Positions 1 to 8,571 of a stretch of 64,000 nt of DNA are shown here, piece by piece (position 1 is the stretch's first letter; each line of letters opens with the position of its first letter). The DNA comes from Longimicrobiales bacterium. GTDB taxonomy: Bacteria; Gemmatimonadota; Gemmatimonadetes; Longimicrobiales; Gaopeijiaceae. The stretch lies in assembly GCA_965249725.1 (NCBI GenBank), contig CBDFMQ010000001.1, positions 64,001 through 128,000 on the forward strand, written 5' to 3'. The translations under genes were made by a program, and so were the position numbers. The notes beneath the pieces are model-generated. The model was not told the origin of the DNA, made no database searches, and saw nothing but the letters and a program-made list of their open reading frames with translations.

Positions 1-82
1 TATCGACAATCGTGAGCCGGGTCATGGACGAGATCATGTCAGGCTGCGCCTTCGTCCGTGGCGAAGAGTCCGAGTTGGTGCA

Positions 83-331
83 TCACCCCGCCGCCTCCGT
101 CTCGGCCAACACCCGCTCCCGAGCCTCGTCAGCCGCCTTCTCGGCGGCCTCGAGCTTGTCCAGCGTCGCGTTGAGCCGAGCCTCGAAGTCCTCGGGGGGC
201 TTACGGAGTCCGCGCAGGTAGCGGCTGAAAAGGGAGCGGTCGATCCCCATCTCCAGGGCTACGCGCTCCTGGGGAATGCCGAGAAGGGCTAGGCGAACTC
301 TGATCTTCTGTGAACTGGTTTCAATATCCAC
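83..331 (-). CDS. Cro-like XRE-family HTH regulator
   Basis: HTH pattern (GIPQERVALEMGIDRSLFSRYLRG); divergent from the CI-like gene. Confidence 0.8.
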   Translation of the reverse strand: MDIETSSQKIRVRLALLGIPQERVALEMGIDRSLFSRYLRGLRKPPEDFEARLNATLDKLEAAEKAADEARERVLAETEAAG

Positions 332-394
332 AGAGAGGAGCTATGTGTACTCAGTTCAAGTGTCAACCCTTATGGTGCCCTATACTTTTAGGTC
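332..394. promoter_or_regulatory. Divergent cro/cI switch region
   Basis: TTGACA on minus strand at 361-366; TATACT on plus strand at 381-386, 8 nt before the cI ATG, with no Shine-Dalgarno. Confidence 0.6.
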
Positions 395-1183
395 ATGCTT
401 GGCACACGGTTAGCGAAATTGCGGAAGCGGGCCGGGTTGTCCCAACACCGGCTAGCGATGGAACTCGGCGAGAGATACGATCACTCGGTCATATCCCACG
501 TCGAGCATGGCCGCTCCAACCTCTTGTTCGATGGCGTGGTCCGGGCCGCCCGTGTCCTCGGCACCTCGGTCGACTACCTGGCTGGCCTAACCGATGACCC
601 AGCCCCGGTGGACGACCGGGTGGAGGAGGAGAGGCGGAGCCGTGCGAAGCTGGAAGCCGCGCTACGGAGCGCCGAGGAGGAGCGCGACCGCCTGCGGGTG
701 CAGGCCGCCGCTACGGCCGAGCTCCCGGACCCCGACGTGTCCCCGATCCAGTCAGCGCCGGGATGGCATGACGAAGACTATGAGTCTGTCAGACGCTACG
801 AGTCCGAGGATGTAGCGCTCGCGGCGGGAACCGGAACGTTCGCTGACCAAGAACCCGTCGCAGGTGAGGTCAAATTCCGCACAAGCTGGCTGCGCAAGCG
901 AAGGCTGAGGGCCAAGGGCCTCTTCCTGGTCGATGTATCAGGCGATAGTATGGAGCCCACGATCTTCGACGGAGACGCGGCGCTTGTCGATGAGACCCAC
1001 AGATCACCACGCAGCGGTAAGATCTACGCACTTCAGGCGGGAGACGGTCCACTGGTCAAGCGTGTTCGCAAACGCGACCACCGCTGGTGGGCCGACAGCG
1101 ACAACGAAGAGTACGAGCCGCAGCCGCTCGACGATCGAGCCCGAATCATGGGCCGCGTCGTCTGGTGGGCGCACACGGACTGA
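395..1183 (+). CDS. CI-like repressor (XRE HTH + S24 peptidase)
   Basis: N-terminal HTH (RKRAGLSQHRLA), Ala-Gly cleavage site (LAAGTG), catalytic Ser (GDSMEP) and Lys (LVKRV). Confidence 0.92.
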   Translation: MLGTRLAKLRKRAGLSQHRLAMELGERYDHSVISHVEHGRSNLLFDGVVRAARVLGTSVDYLAGLTDDPAPVDDRVEEERRSRAKLEAALRSAEEERDRLRVQAAATAELPDPDVSPIQSAPGWHDEDYESVRRYESEDVALAAGTGTFADQEPVAGEVKFRTSWLRKRRLRAKGLFLVDVSGDSMEPTIFDGDAALVDETHRSPRSGKIYALQAGDGPLVKRVRKRDHRWWADSDNEEYEPQPLDDRARIMGRVVWWAHTD

Positions 1184-1194
1184 GGGGTGAGGTG

Positions 1195-1647
1195 ATGAAT
1201 GCACGAGAGGAGCAGGAGCCGAGGATGCCGATCTGGAAGGTCCTGGCAATCATGGCCGTGGTCATGGCTGTCGCACCCCCCCTCCTTACTGTGGTGGCGT
1301 CACTCCCTGAGTCCGCATCGAGCGGTCCGTCCTCGCTATCAAGCGAAGCGGCCCCTACCGCTGTTACGTCGGAGTCACCTTCCACAGATGCAGACCGCTT
1401 GCTTCAGGCTGACATCGGCGTCTGGCGGCAGGCTACGAGCACGGACCAAATGTTGGCGGCAGCTGCCCTCGCTTATGGGGTGCTGGAATCTCGTGGGGAG
1501 TTAGAAGCCGTCGGAGGCGCGGACGGCCTCCGTCCATACGCTGATGACCTCGTGTACTGTATCGACGGAGTGGGTGACGTAGAGCAGGAAGTACGTGAGA
1601 TCGCCGCGCTCTGCATCGGTATGCTGGGTGATGCATGGGGTATGTGA
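1195..1647 (+). CDS. Membrane-anchored exported hypothetical protein downstream of cI
   Basis: ATG at 1195 after GAGG/GGTG; N-terminal hydrophobic helix, Ser-rich linker, acidic domain with two Cys. Confidence 0.65.
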   Translation: MNAREEQEPRMPIWKVLAIMAVVMAVAPPLLTVVASLPESASSGPSSLSSEAAPTAVTSESPSTDADRLLQADIGVWRQATSTDQMLAAAALAYGVLESRGELEAVGGADGLRPYADDLVYCIDGVGDVEQEVREIAALCIGMLGDAWGM

Positions 1648-1729
1648 AGGGTTGAGGCTGTAGGTGTTCCGCGCACGCGTTGGAGGGGGTGAGTGTTGGA
1701 AAACAGATCCCGAGAAGGACCTTAAGGAC

Positions 1730-1901
1730 CTTCATGTCGAAGACACCGGCACCCGCGCCCTTGGTGTTGGACAGGTTGCCCTGCTCCATCCCGGACCACC
1801 GCCGTCGCCACCTTGGCTGCGGCCTGAGAGCTCAGTCGATTGAACCATTTGGCGAAGGGGCTGTGGCCTTCGGTATCGAGGTATTCCCTGATCTCAATCA
1901 C
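1730..1901 (-). pseudogene. Frameshifted, truncated RelE/ParE-type addiction-module killer toxin
   Basis: VIEIREYLDTEGHSPFAKWFNRLSSQAAAKVATAVVR continues as MEQGNLSNTKGAGAGVFD in another frame (extra G near 1790); similarity stops about half-way. Confidence 0.8.
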
Positions 1902-1910
1902 CAAGTACAA

Positions 1911-1928
1911 GGTAACTCGTACGTTACC
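1911..1928. promoter_or_regulatory. Palindromic operator of the decayed TA module
   Basis: GGTAAC-N6-GTTACC 10 nt upstream of the toxin remnant start. Confidence 0.55.
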
Positions 1929-2092
1929 ATATGTTCGAGTTACCGAGACAAACACGGACACCCGCAGGAAAGCCGAATGTGGTGCCGAGCCTTGACGTGA
2001 GGCAACGCTCGCCGGATAGTGGGTGTATCTACTGAGCGGGATTAGTTGTTCCTTGTGGGAGGGGTCCCCATGCTTCGGCAAGAAAGAACGCC

Positions 2093-2308
2093 ATGAGTTC
2101 TGACTTCCTATTTGTCGTACCGTCGTTTGCAGGCGGCTTGGGGGCTGTTCTGGATCTAGGCGGGACAGCCGAAGCGGGGAATTACAACATCTCCCTAACG
2201 CCCAAAGAGGCAGACCTAAGAGCGCTCGCTGCCGATTGGTTGATAGTCGGAGGAGACATCCATGAGGCGATCTATGAGGCCAAGGCTGATGAGGTGGCTC
2301 CAGAGTAG
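2093..2308 (+). CDS. Small acidic hypothetical protein, partner of the DUF2335 gene
   Basis: 71-aa ORF (ADLRALAADWLIVGGDI) whose stop abuts the next ATG. Confidence 0.7.
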   Translation: MSSDFLFVVPSFAGGLGAVLDLGGTAEAGNYNISLTPKEADLRALAADWLIVGGDIHEAIYEAKADEVAPE

Positions 2309-2779
2309 ATGAGCAGCAAGAAGAACCGGCAACGCCGCAAGGAAGTTCAGCGTGCCGAAGCCCGTCAGCAGGATCAAATCCAAGCGCAGATCGTTGCCTC
2401 GCAGCTCTCCTATTGGTCAGGGCCCACCCCGTCTCCCGAAGTTCTCAGAGAGTACGACACGATTGTGCCAGGTGCCGCTGAGCGAATTATCGCTATGGCG
2501 GAGAGGCAATCCGCACATCGGCAGAATCTCGAAAACAAAGCGGTAGACGGTGGCAACTTTCGTGCAATCCTGGGATCGGTGTTTGGGTTCGTCATAGGCA
2601 TGGCGGCCGTGGGCGGTGGGATTTACCTGGCTGTCAATGGACAGGAAACAGGTGGGTATGCGGTTATGCTCGCTACCGTCAGCACCCTCGCTGCCGTGTT
2701 CGTGTACGGAAGGCGGTCTGCAAGACGGGAGTTGGCGAACAAGTCCCCCGGCCAACAGGTCGGACGCATTAGCCCCTGA
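2309..2779 (+). CDS. DUF2335-type membrane protein
   Basis: WSGPTPSPEVLREYDTIVPGAAERIIAMAERQSAHR motif followed by two TM helices. Confidence 0.85.
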   Translation: MSSKKNRQRRKEVQRAEARQQDQIQAQIVASQLSYWSGPTPSPEVLREYDTIVPGAAERIIAMAERQSAHRQNLENKAVDGGNFRAILGSVFGFVIGMAAVGGGIYLAVNGQETGGYAVMLATVSTLAAVFVYGRRSARRELANKSPGQQVGRISP

Positions 2780-3097
2780 TCAGGCGATCGCTTCCAGTCC
2801 TTTTTCCCGAACCAGCACCAGAAGTTTGAGAGAGGCACCGGAAGGATGCTTCTTGCCGCGTTCCCATTGGCTGATAAGGCCGGTAGAAACATTCAGATGC
2901 AGAGCAAAGACGGCCTGACTCACGCGCTCGCGTTCACGGAGTGCGAGAATCTCATCGGGTAGCATCGGACGCACCGGCGTCAGGCAGAGGCCGTCGAACC
3001 TGCGTAGCGTCTGCTTGTCCATAAGGCCAGCGTCATGCAGATCGGACGCAGTCTCGTGGATCGCCCCCAAGGCGTCACTTCGATATGTCTTACTCAT
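2780..3097 (-). CDS. XRE-family HTH antitoxin-like regulator (orphan)
   Basis: AIHETASDLHDAG...LRERERVSQAVFA..LNVS..LISQWERGKKHPSGASLKLL; ATG at 3097. Confidence 0.85.
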   Translation of the reverse strand: MSKTYRSDALGAIHETASDLHDAGLMDKQTLRRFDGLCLTPVRPMLPDEILALRERERVSQAVFALHLNVSTGLISQWERGKKHPSGASLKLLVLVREKGLEAIA

Positions 3098-3122
3098 CGC
3101 ACTTTCGGTAACCGATTCCAAT

Positions 3123-3437
3123 TCACACCGTCGGCTGAATCGGCGCGATCTTCTCCAAAGCCCTCTTTGTCTTCTTGTCCCGCTGGGCACCCCATAGGTC
3201 GTAGGCGCGCTGCAAGTTAAGCCAGAATTCCGGTTCGATGTCGAACAGCCGTCCCAGGCGCAGCGCAGTGTCGGTCGTCACCCCGCGCTTCCCGTTGACG
3301 AGTTCGTTCACACGCACATAGGACATGCCCACGGCGTTGGCCAGCGCTTTTTGGGGCATTCCCAGCGGCTCAAGGAACTCCGTCAGAAGGATTTGCCCCG
3401 GGTGTGTCGGTTTCCGCGCTTTCGGTAGCCTAACCAT
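3123..3437 (-). CDS. higA: HigA-family antitoxin
   Basis: PTHPGQILLTEFLEPLG...TTDTALRLGRLF...FWLNLQRAYDL signature. Confidence 0.92.
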   Translation of the reverse strand: MVRLPKARKPTHPGQILLTEFLEPLGMPQKALANAVGMSYVRVNELVNGKRGVTTDTALRLGRLFDIEPEFWLNLQRAYDLWGAQRDKKTKRALEKIAPIQPTV

Positions 3438-3466
3438 CTTGGAACTCCCGTCGCTGTTGGTGGTCC

Positions 3467-3760
3467 TCAGTGGTAATCGGTGATCTCAACGTCCGCCGGA
3501 CCCTCTGCGGTCCAGCGGAAGCAGATCCTGTACTGGTCATTGATCCTGATGCTGTGCTGTCCCCGGCGGTCGCCTTCCAGCTTCTCCAGCCGGTTTGCCG
3601 GAACCTTGCCGACACTTCTCAAGGACACCGATGCGTTCAAGACCTCCATCTTCTTTGTGGCGTTCGAGTGTAGCTGCTGCGGCAGGAGCCGCCGCGTAGC
3701 CTTCGTATCTTCGCCGTCGAATATGGATTGTGTGCTCTTACATTTAAACGATACGATCAT
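3467..3760 (-). CDS. higB: HigB-family (RelE/ParE) toxin
   Basis: MIVSFK...NRLEKLEGDRRGQHSIRINDQYRICFRW...VEITDYH; toxin upstream of antitoxin. Confidence 0.92.
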   Translation of the reverse strand: MIVSFKCKSTQSIFDGEDTKATRRLLPQQLHSNATKKMEVLNASVSLRSVGKVPANRLEKLEGDRRGQHSIRINDQYRICFRWTAEGPADVEITDYH

Positions 3761-3868
3761 TGTGCATTATATATAACGCATAACGTTGATCGTGTCAATA
3801 GAAACCGCCACAAAGCGAGCGAAGTTGAGTCGCCAGCTAGAGATGGGGGGGGTACTGCCTCTAGGGCC

Positions 3869-4777
3869 TCAGACGTTGCAGCCGCCGGCCGGGCCCTGTG
3901 CTCCCGTATCGCCTTTCAGTCCAGGCGCCCCAGTATCGCCCTTCGTACCCGTATCACCTTTGGGGCCGACGATTCCCACGCCCGGTGGGCCGTCATCCCC
4001 GGTATCGCCCTGGGACCCCGTGTCGCCTTTGGAGCCTGTCGGTCCGCGCGGCCCGGGGTTCCCCTGGGGGCCGGGCATGGAGGTGACCAGATCGAGCGCG
4101 GCCTGTAGGCCAGCTGGCGTGACGGCCCGCCCGGCGTCGGTGCCCGTGGTGGTCTCGTCGTTCGTTGCGAGTTCGACGATCCCGCGCGCTTCGGCGGACG
4201 CTGCTGGCGGGCTGTAGCCGACCGGTAAGTAGTCGGCGTCGTGGTTGTGGTTGAGTAGCGGGTATCGATCATCGTGGTTGTGGCCGATCAGGGCGTAGCG
4301 CGCGTCGCCGGCGGCTCTCGCCCCAGCTGGCGTGACGGCCCGCTCGGTGTCGGCGCCTCTTGTGGTCTCGTCGTTCGTCGCGAGTTCGACGATCCCACGC
4401 ACTTCGGTGGACGCCTGCATGAGCAGGGGTTTCCAGTAGGTCCGCGCGGCATCTGTCGCCGGATCTTGGCTTGCGGTCGCTACGTCGGCGGACACCGAAG
4501 CGTATATCTGGCTGTCGGAGCCGACGACGAACGCGGGGTGCTCGTAGGTGATGGAGGTGTCCCAGATGAGCAGCCCGTGTTCGTTGATCTCGACGAGCGC
4601 GGCTGTGATCTCGCGCACGATCTGGTTGAACACTTCGAGCTTGGGCACGTCGCCCATGGCCGCCGAGTAGCTATCCGGCCAGCCTTCGGAGCGTACCAGC
4701 CCCTGGGACTCGGGCGTAGCCACGCGCCCCGAGGCCGCCCACTTCCTGATCCTTAGCGCATCGCTGTCACGTGCCAT
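3869..4777 (-). CDS. Tail fibre protein 2 with collagen-like C-terminus
   Basis: Two RGIVELATNDETT..D..RAVTPAG fibre repeats, HNH motifs, Gly-X-Y run; paralogous to the next ORF. Confidence 0.8.
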   Translation of the reverse strand: MARDSDALRIRKWAASGRVATPESQGLVRSEGWPDSYSAAMGDVPKLEVFNQIVREITAALVEINEHGLLIWDTSITYEHPAFVVGSDSQIYASVSADVATASQDPATDAARTYWKPLLMQASTEVRGIVELATNDETTRGADTERAVTPAGARAAGDARYALIGHNHDDRYPLLNHNHDADYLPVGYSPPAASAEARGIVELATNDETTTGTDAGRAVTPAGLQAALDLVTSMPGPQGNPGPRGPTGSKGDTGSQGDTGDDGPPGVGIVGPKGDTGTKGDTGAPGLKGDTGAQGPAGGCNV

Positions 4778-4795
4778 CTTCTAAGCCTAACCCCC

Positions 4796-5947
4796 TCATG
4801 TCAGGTCGATGTAGGGTATGACCGGGAAGTTTCCACTGGAGGTTCCGCTACCCCACGAGCCGCCCGATCTCGTATGACTGACGCTGAACGAACGCTCTTG
4901 GTAGTCGCGGAAAGGGCTGCCCGTGTCGTCGTCAACTTTAATTGCTTGGGTGAAGCTACCGGAGACGACGAATTTGTCGCCGTCACGGCCACCGCTGGGC
5001 GGCGTGAGGCTGTAGCTCGCAAAGCTGGTATTATCGGTGGTTCCCAAATGGCCGAGCTGACGGCGGTACTTCGTCTTTCCCACCGGTCCCGCATCGCCGG
5101 TCTCTCCCTTAGCGCCCGTGTCCCCGGTGGGTCCCTTGTCGCCGGTCGCACCCTTAGTCCCCACTTGCGACGGGCCGCCCGATCCCATGAGCCCGGTGAG
5201 ACCCCGATCTCCGACGGGTCCCTTCCGGCCCCGTCGCCCCTGTGGGCCGCGCGGTCCCTTGCCACTCACCTTATCGCCCACCGGCCCTGAAGCCGCGTGC
5301 GGAGTGACGGCGCGTTCGGTGTCCGTACCCGCGGCGACTTCCACAGCCGTCGCGAGTTCGACGCCGCCCACCACCGTAGTGCTCGCTACCGGAAGCGTAT
5401 GGGGGGAAGGTTCATATTGAGTGTCGTGGTCGTGGCCGGGCGCTGCATAGTCGGCGTCGTGTGTGTGGCCGAGCAGGCTGTGGCGCTGATCCCACAACGC
5501 CCTGAGCCCGGCGGCGGTGATGAGCAGCTGACCCGACGTGCCTGTAGTGGCTTCGCTGGCCGTCGCGAGTTCGGCGGCACCCCTCCGTGTGGTAGTCGAT
5601 GCGTGCACGAGCGGCGTCCAACTCTCGGGGCTCGCGGGTGGCGGACTGCCCTGGCTGGTCATACGCGAGAGGTACCAATCCACACCGCAGGCGACGACTG
5701 CCGGATGCACATAGACGACCCGGGAGTCCCACTCAAGCAGGCCGCCCCGGCCTACCTCGTCCAACATGGAGGTGATTTCGTGGAGCAGCTGCTGGACGAG
5801 ACCGCGCATGAACGTCTGCCCGGTCGGCAGCGCGAACCGAATGTCGAGACCGACATCGCGGCTCACGCCCACGTCTTCGGGCAACTCGCGCAGCCCTGCA
5901 CGGGCCCAAGGCTCGATCAGGAGCGCGTCGGCGTCACGGGGGCTCAT
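4796..5947 (-). CDS. Tail fibre protein 1 with collagen-like segment and C-terminal beta domain
   Basis: ELAT..E...G repeats, HTH/HDH motifs, Gly-X-Y run; follows the baseplate wedge gene. Confidence 0.8.
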   Translation of the reverse strand: MSPRDADALLIEPWARAGLRELPEDVGVSRDVGLDIRFALPTGQTFMRGLVQQLLHEITSMLDEVGRGGLLEWDSRVVYVHPAVVACGVDWYLSRMTSQGSPPPASPESWTPLVHASTTTRRGAAELATASEATTGTSGQLLITAAGLRALWDQRHSLLGHTHDADYAAPGHDHDTQYEPSPHTLPVASTTVVGGVELATAVEVAAGTDTERAVTPHAASGPVGDKVSGKGPRGPQGRRGRKGPVGDRGLTGLMGSGGPSQVGTKGATGDKGPTGDTGAKGETGDAGPVGKTKYRRQLGHLGTTDNTSFASYSLTPPSGGRDGDKFVVSGSFTQAIKVDDDTGSPFRDYQERSFSVSHTRSGGSWGSGTSSGNFPVIPYIDLT

Positions 5948-6534
5948 GACATGGCCCTCGTCAGCGTGAGGCCCACCCCGGCGGGACGCGGGATGAGCTG
6001 CGCGGCGTGTTCGAGCGTTGCCGCCCAGACCGTGTTACGTGGCTCGACCGCTACGATCGATACCGAGAAATTGCCCTCCGTCACGGTGCCACCACCCGTG
6101 AACAGCAGATCAACGGCGCGCTGTATCTCCGCCGCCGTACCCGTTGAGCGCACGAACCATGCACGCGCTAGCAACATCCGCGCATAGGCCGAGTCCGCGA
6201 TCCCGACCGTAACGACGAGCTGAGGGTCGGTGGATTTGATCGGCCCCTGGTCATAGCCGACGTTCGAGTCGTCCGGCGTATCGAACCCGAAATACTTCTG
6301 GTCCAGGTTCTCGGTCTGCGGACGTATGAACCCGAGCCGGTCGCCGATGAAGTCCAGCCAGCGTCCTGGCGCGATGTTCGGGTCCAGGTAGGTAGCGACC
6401 CGGTTCAGCGGATCGACGATCTGGCCGTCGAGCAGCGTCGTCAGGTTCTCGATCCATGCGCGCAGCCTGGAGGACTCGCCGTACTGCTGGACGAGTGGAG
6501 GTCGCCAGTCGTCGAGCGCTAGGGGGGTAGCCAT
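5944..6534 (-). CDS. Baseplate wedge protein (DUF2612-like)
   Basis: QQY..S..L, A.G.WLD.IG..LG..R, FGFD and IPRPAGV motifs; position after baseplate J. Confidence 0.8.
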   Translation of the reverse strand: MATPLALDDWRPPLVQQYGESSRLRAWIENLTTLLDGQIVDPLNRVATYLDPNIAPGRWLDFIGDRLGFIRPQTENLDQKYFGFDTPDDSNVGYDQGPIKSTDPQLVVTVGIADSAYARMLLARAWFVRSTGTAAEIQRAVDLLFTGGGTVTEGNFSVSIVAVEPRNTVWAATLEHAAQLIPRPAGVGLTLTRAMS

Positions 6535-7982
6535 CAGGTCACCGTCACGGAAAAGGCCAACGCCGAGGTGTCGCCATCGAGATCGGTCACCGTGTAGGTG
6601 AACTCGGTCTCCGCGAGCGCCTCGGTGGCGGAGCCGGAGATCGTGCGGGCGTCAGCATCGAAGTTGAGCCCCGCCGGCAGGTCCGGCGCGAGGCTGTAGG
6701 TGAGCGGCGCGTTGCCGTCGAGCGCTTCCGGCAGCGTAAGGCTCACGTCCGTGTTCTGGGCCCACGCCTGAGCCGTCACCTCGTCCGCGAAGCTGGGCAC
6801 GGCGGCCAGGTTCAGCACGACGTCCTCCGCCGCGATACTGAGCCGCTGGTTCAGCCCGATCGAGCCGGGCACATCCGCATCATCCGACTTGAGGGCGGCC
6901 CGGAAGTAGGTAACACGATGTCCCGGCACGGACGATATAGGCGACAGCACCCGCCGCTCGTCCAACGACTCGCCAATATCGAGCCCTCCGAGATCGAAGT
7001 CGCCCGCACCGCTCGACCATAGACCTTCCGCCCAGGCCACCACACGGCGCGGTACCAGTTCGAGCCCGTCAGCCGGGAACGTCTCGATGTCGATCGCGAT
7101 GATGAGCTCCAGGCGCACGGCGAGCACCTCGACCCGCTCGAACCGGTAGAGCGTCCCATCGACGGTGACCGACTGGGTGCCCGTCGTCGGGATGCCGGCC
7201 GGCTTGGTGTCGCGGATCGCCTGGCCGATGTCCGTGTCCGCGCCACCTTCCGCGATCACGAGCAGGGAGCGCGCTGGAATCGTCACGTCCTGAAGGGTTA
7301 CGGACTCCGCCGTCGCGTTGTCGTGCACCGCTGCGCGGCTCACGCCGTCCACCTGAAGCACACGCGCGGCGGTCGCCTCTAGGCCCGATCCGCTACGATG
7401 CGCCACTGTCGAGCGGTACCGCGCCCGGTAGTCGGCGTCGCTTTCGTCCGCACGCCCTAGCGCTGCATCCTCCGCGTTCGTCACGCCCGTCCACCCCGAG
7501 AAAATGTCCACGAGCCGGGTGAGCGTTCCCGCCCCGGCGACGATCGGTCCGGCCTCGGCGGAGCGCATGAGCGCCGCGACGGAGCCCGACGCCCCGATCA
7601 CCACGTCCGTGTCCACCCTGAAGATTGCGCCCTGGGTGGTCTCGGCCCGCGAGCCTGCCGGCACCACGGTTCCGGGCGCACCCGATAGCGTCGCCGTCAC
7701 CGTCGATCTCTCCCCGGTGATGCGTGGGATACCGAGCAGGCTCCCCCAGTCGTCCAGCTGGGAGCCCGCCGCCGTGTGGTGCGACATCCCGTTCGCCACG
7801 TTGACGAGCCCCTCGTCGATCTCGGCGAGCAGCAGTCCGAACAATCCCGCGAGTTGACCCTGCGGGGTCTCCGGTGCTAAGTCGAGGTCCGCGCCCAACG
7901 CATCGCGCAGCAGCGCCTCCAGCCGCTCGACGTAGCCCGCTAGGTCCCTGGGCGAGATGCCCGCTTGATCGACTACAGCCAT
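6534..7982 (-). CDS. Baseplate J/gp47-like protein with C-terminal Ig-like (He_PIG) domain
   Basis: PETPQGQL, A.GSQLD.WG, G...ESDADYRAR, KPAGIPT motifs; last about 90 aa LTYSLAPDLPAGLNFDADARTISG..TYTVTD.DGD. Confidence 0.88.
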   Translation of the reverse strand: MAVVDQAGISPRDLAGYVERLEALLRDALGADLDLAPETPQGQLAGLFGLLLAEIDEGLVNVANGMSHHTAAGSQLDDWGSLLGIPRITGERSTVTATLSGAPGTVVPAGSRAETTQGAIFRVDTDVVIGASGSVAALMRSAEAGPIVAGAGTLTRLVDIFSGWTGVTNAEDAALGRADESDADYRARYRSTVAHRSGSGLEATAARVLQVDGVSRAAVHDNATAESVTLQDVTIPARSLLVIAEGGADTDIGQAIRDTKPAGIPTTGTQSVTVDGTLYRFERVEVLAVRLELIIAIDIETFPADGLELVPRRVVAWAEGLWSSGAGDFDLGGLDIGESLDERRVLSPISSVPGHRVTYFRAALKSDDADVPGSIGLNQRLSIAAEDVVLNLAAVPSFADEVTAQAWAQNTDVSLTLPEALDGNAPLTYSLAPDLPAGLNFDADARTISGSATEALAETEFTYTVTDLDGDTSALAFSVTVT

Positions 7983-8341
7983 CAGATTGTCACCTCGAAG
8001 CTGCCCTCCGCGGTGCTCACCCGCGCCTGGAGCGAATAGAGGCGAGTCGCCGGATCGAAGCTCGACGTGACGCCCGGGACGCCCGTCACCCCGTCCACGG
8101 CCCGGATACGCGACGAGATCGCCGAGGATATGAGGCCAGAGACGGCGGGCCGCCGGAAGATTTTATCGGCGTACGGCACACCGCGCGCGGTGTCCAGGAA
8201 CCATTCGCCGCGCCAGAGCTTGAGCGTCTCGATCACGCGCTGCCGCACGTCTTCGAGCCCCGTGGCCACGCCCAAGCTAGAGCGCGAATCGAGATGAACG
8301 TCCTGTTGGTCGCCGAGAAACGCCGAGATTGTGCGTGCCAT
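7982..8341 (-). CDS. Baseplate wedge / sheath initiator (gp25/gp46-like)
   Basis: VRQRV..TLKLWRGEWFLDT.RGVPY motif and position. Confidence 0.8.
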   Translation of the reverse strand: MARTISAFLGDQQDVHLDSRSSLGVATGLEDVRQRVIETLKLWRGEWFLDTARGVPYADKIFRRPAVSGLISSAISSRIRAVDGVTGVPGVTSSFDPATRLYSLQARVSTAEGSFEVTI

Positions 8342-8345
8342 CGTG

Positions 8346-8558
8346 CTATGTGATCCTCCCGGAAGTGAGCGGGCCGCCGTTCGGCGGACACGTGCCGGTT
8401 ACCACCGCGTCCGAGGTGAGGCGCGTGACGATCGCAGCTGCGAGCGCCTTGGCGAATTTCCGCCGGTTCGCGGTGTCTATGTCGCGATCCCCGACCGGGA
8501 ACTCGGTATCGAGTTCATCCCGAATCGCCGTCGCGAGAGTGGAAGCGTCTAACGCCAT
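8346..8558 (-). CDS. Small hypothetical baseplate-region protein
   Basis: ATG at 8558 after GGAG; 70-aa ORF filling the gap between spike and wedge genes. Confidence 0.65.
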   Translation of the reverse strand: MALDASTLATAIRDELDTEFPVGDRDIDTANRRKFAKALAAAIVTRLTSDAVVTGTCPPNGGPLTSGRIT

Positions 8559-8571
8559 GAGTTCTCCGTGC

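Noticed and set aside
3841..3871. Stop readthrough or G8 phase variation extending fibre 2 (GPRG follows the TGA)
   Set aside because: Only about 100 nt remain before higB, too little for a tip domain
3869..5947. Diversity-generating retroelement or invertible fibre cassette
   Set aside because: No reverse transcriptase, template repeat or invertase seen; the repeats are ordinary intragenic fibre repeats
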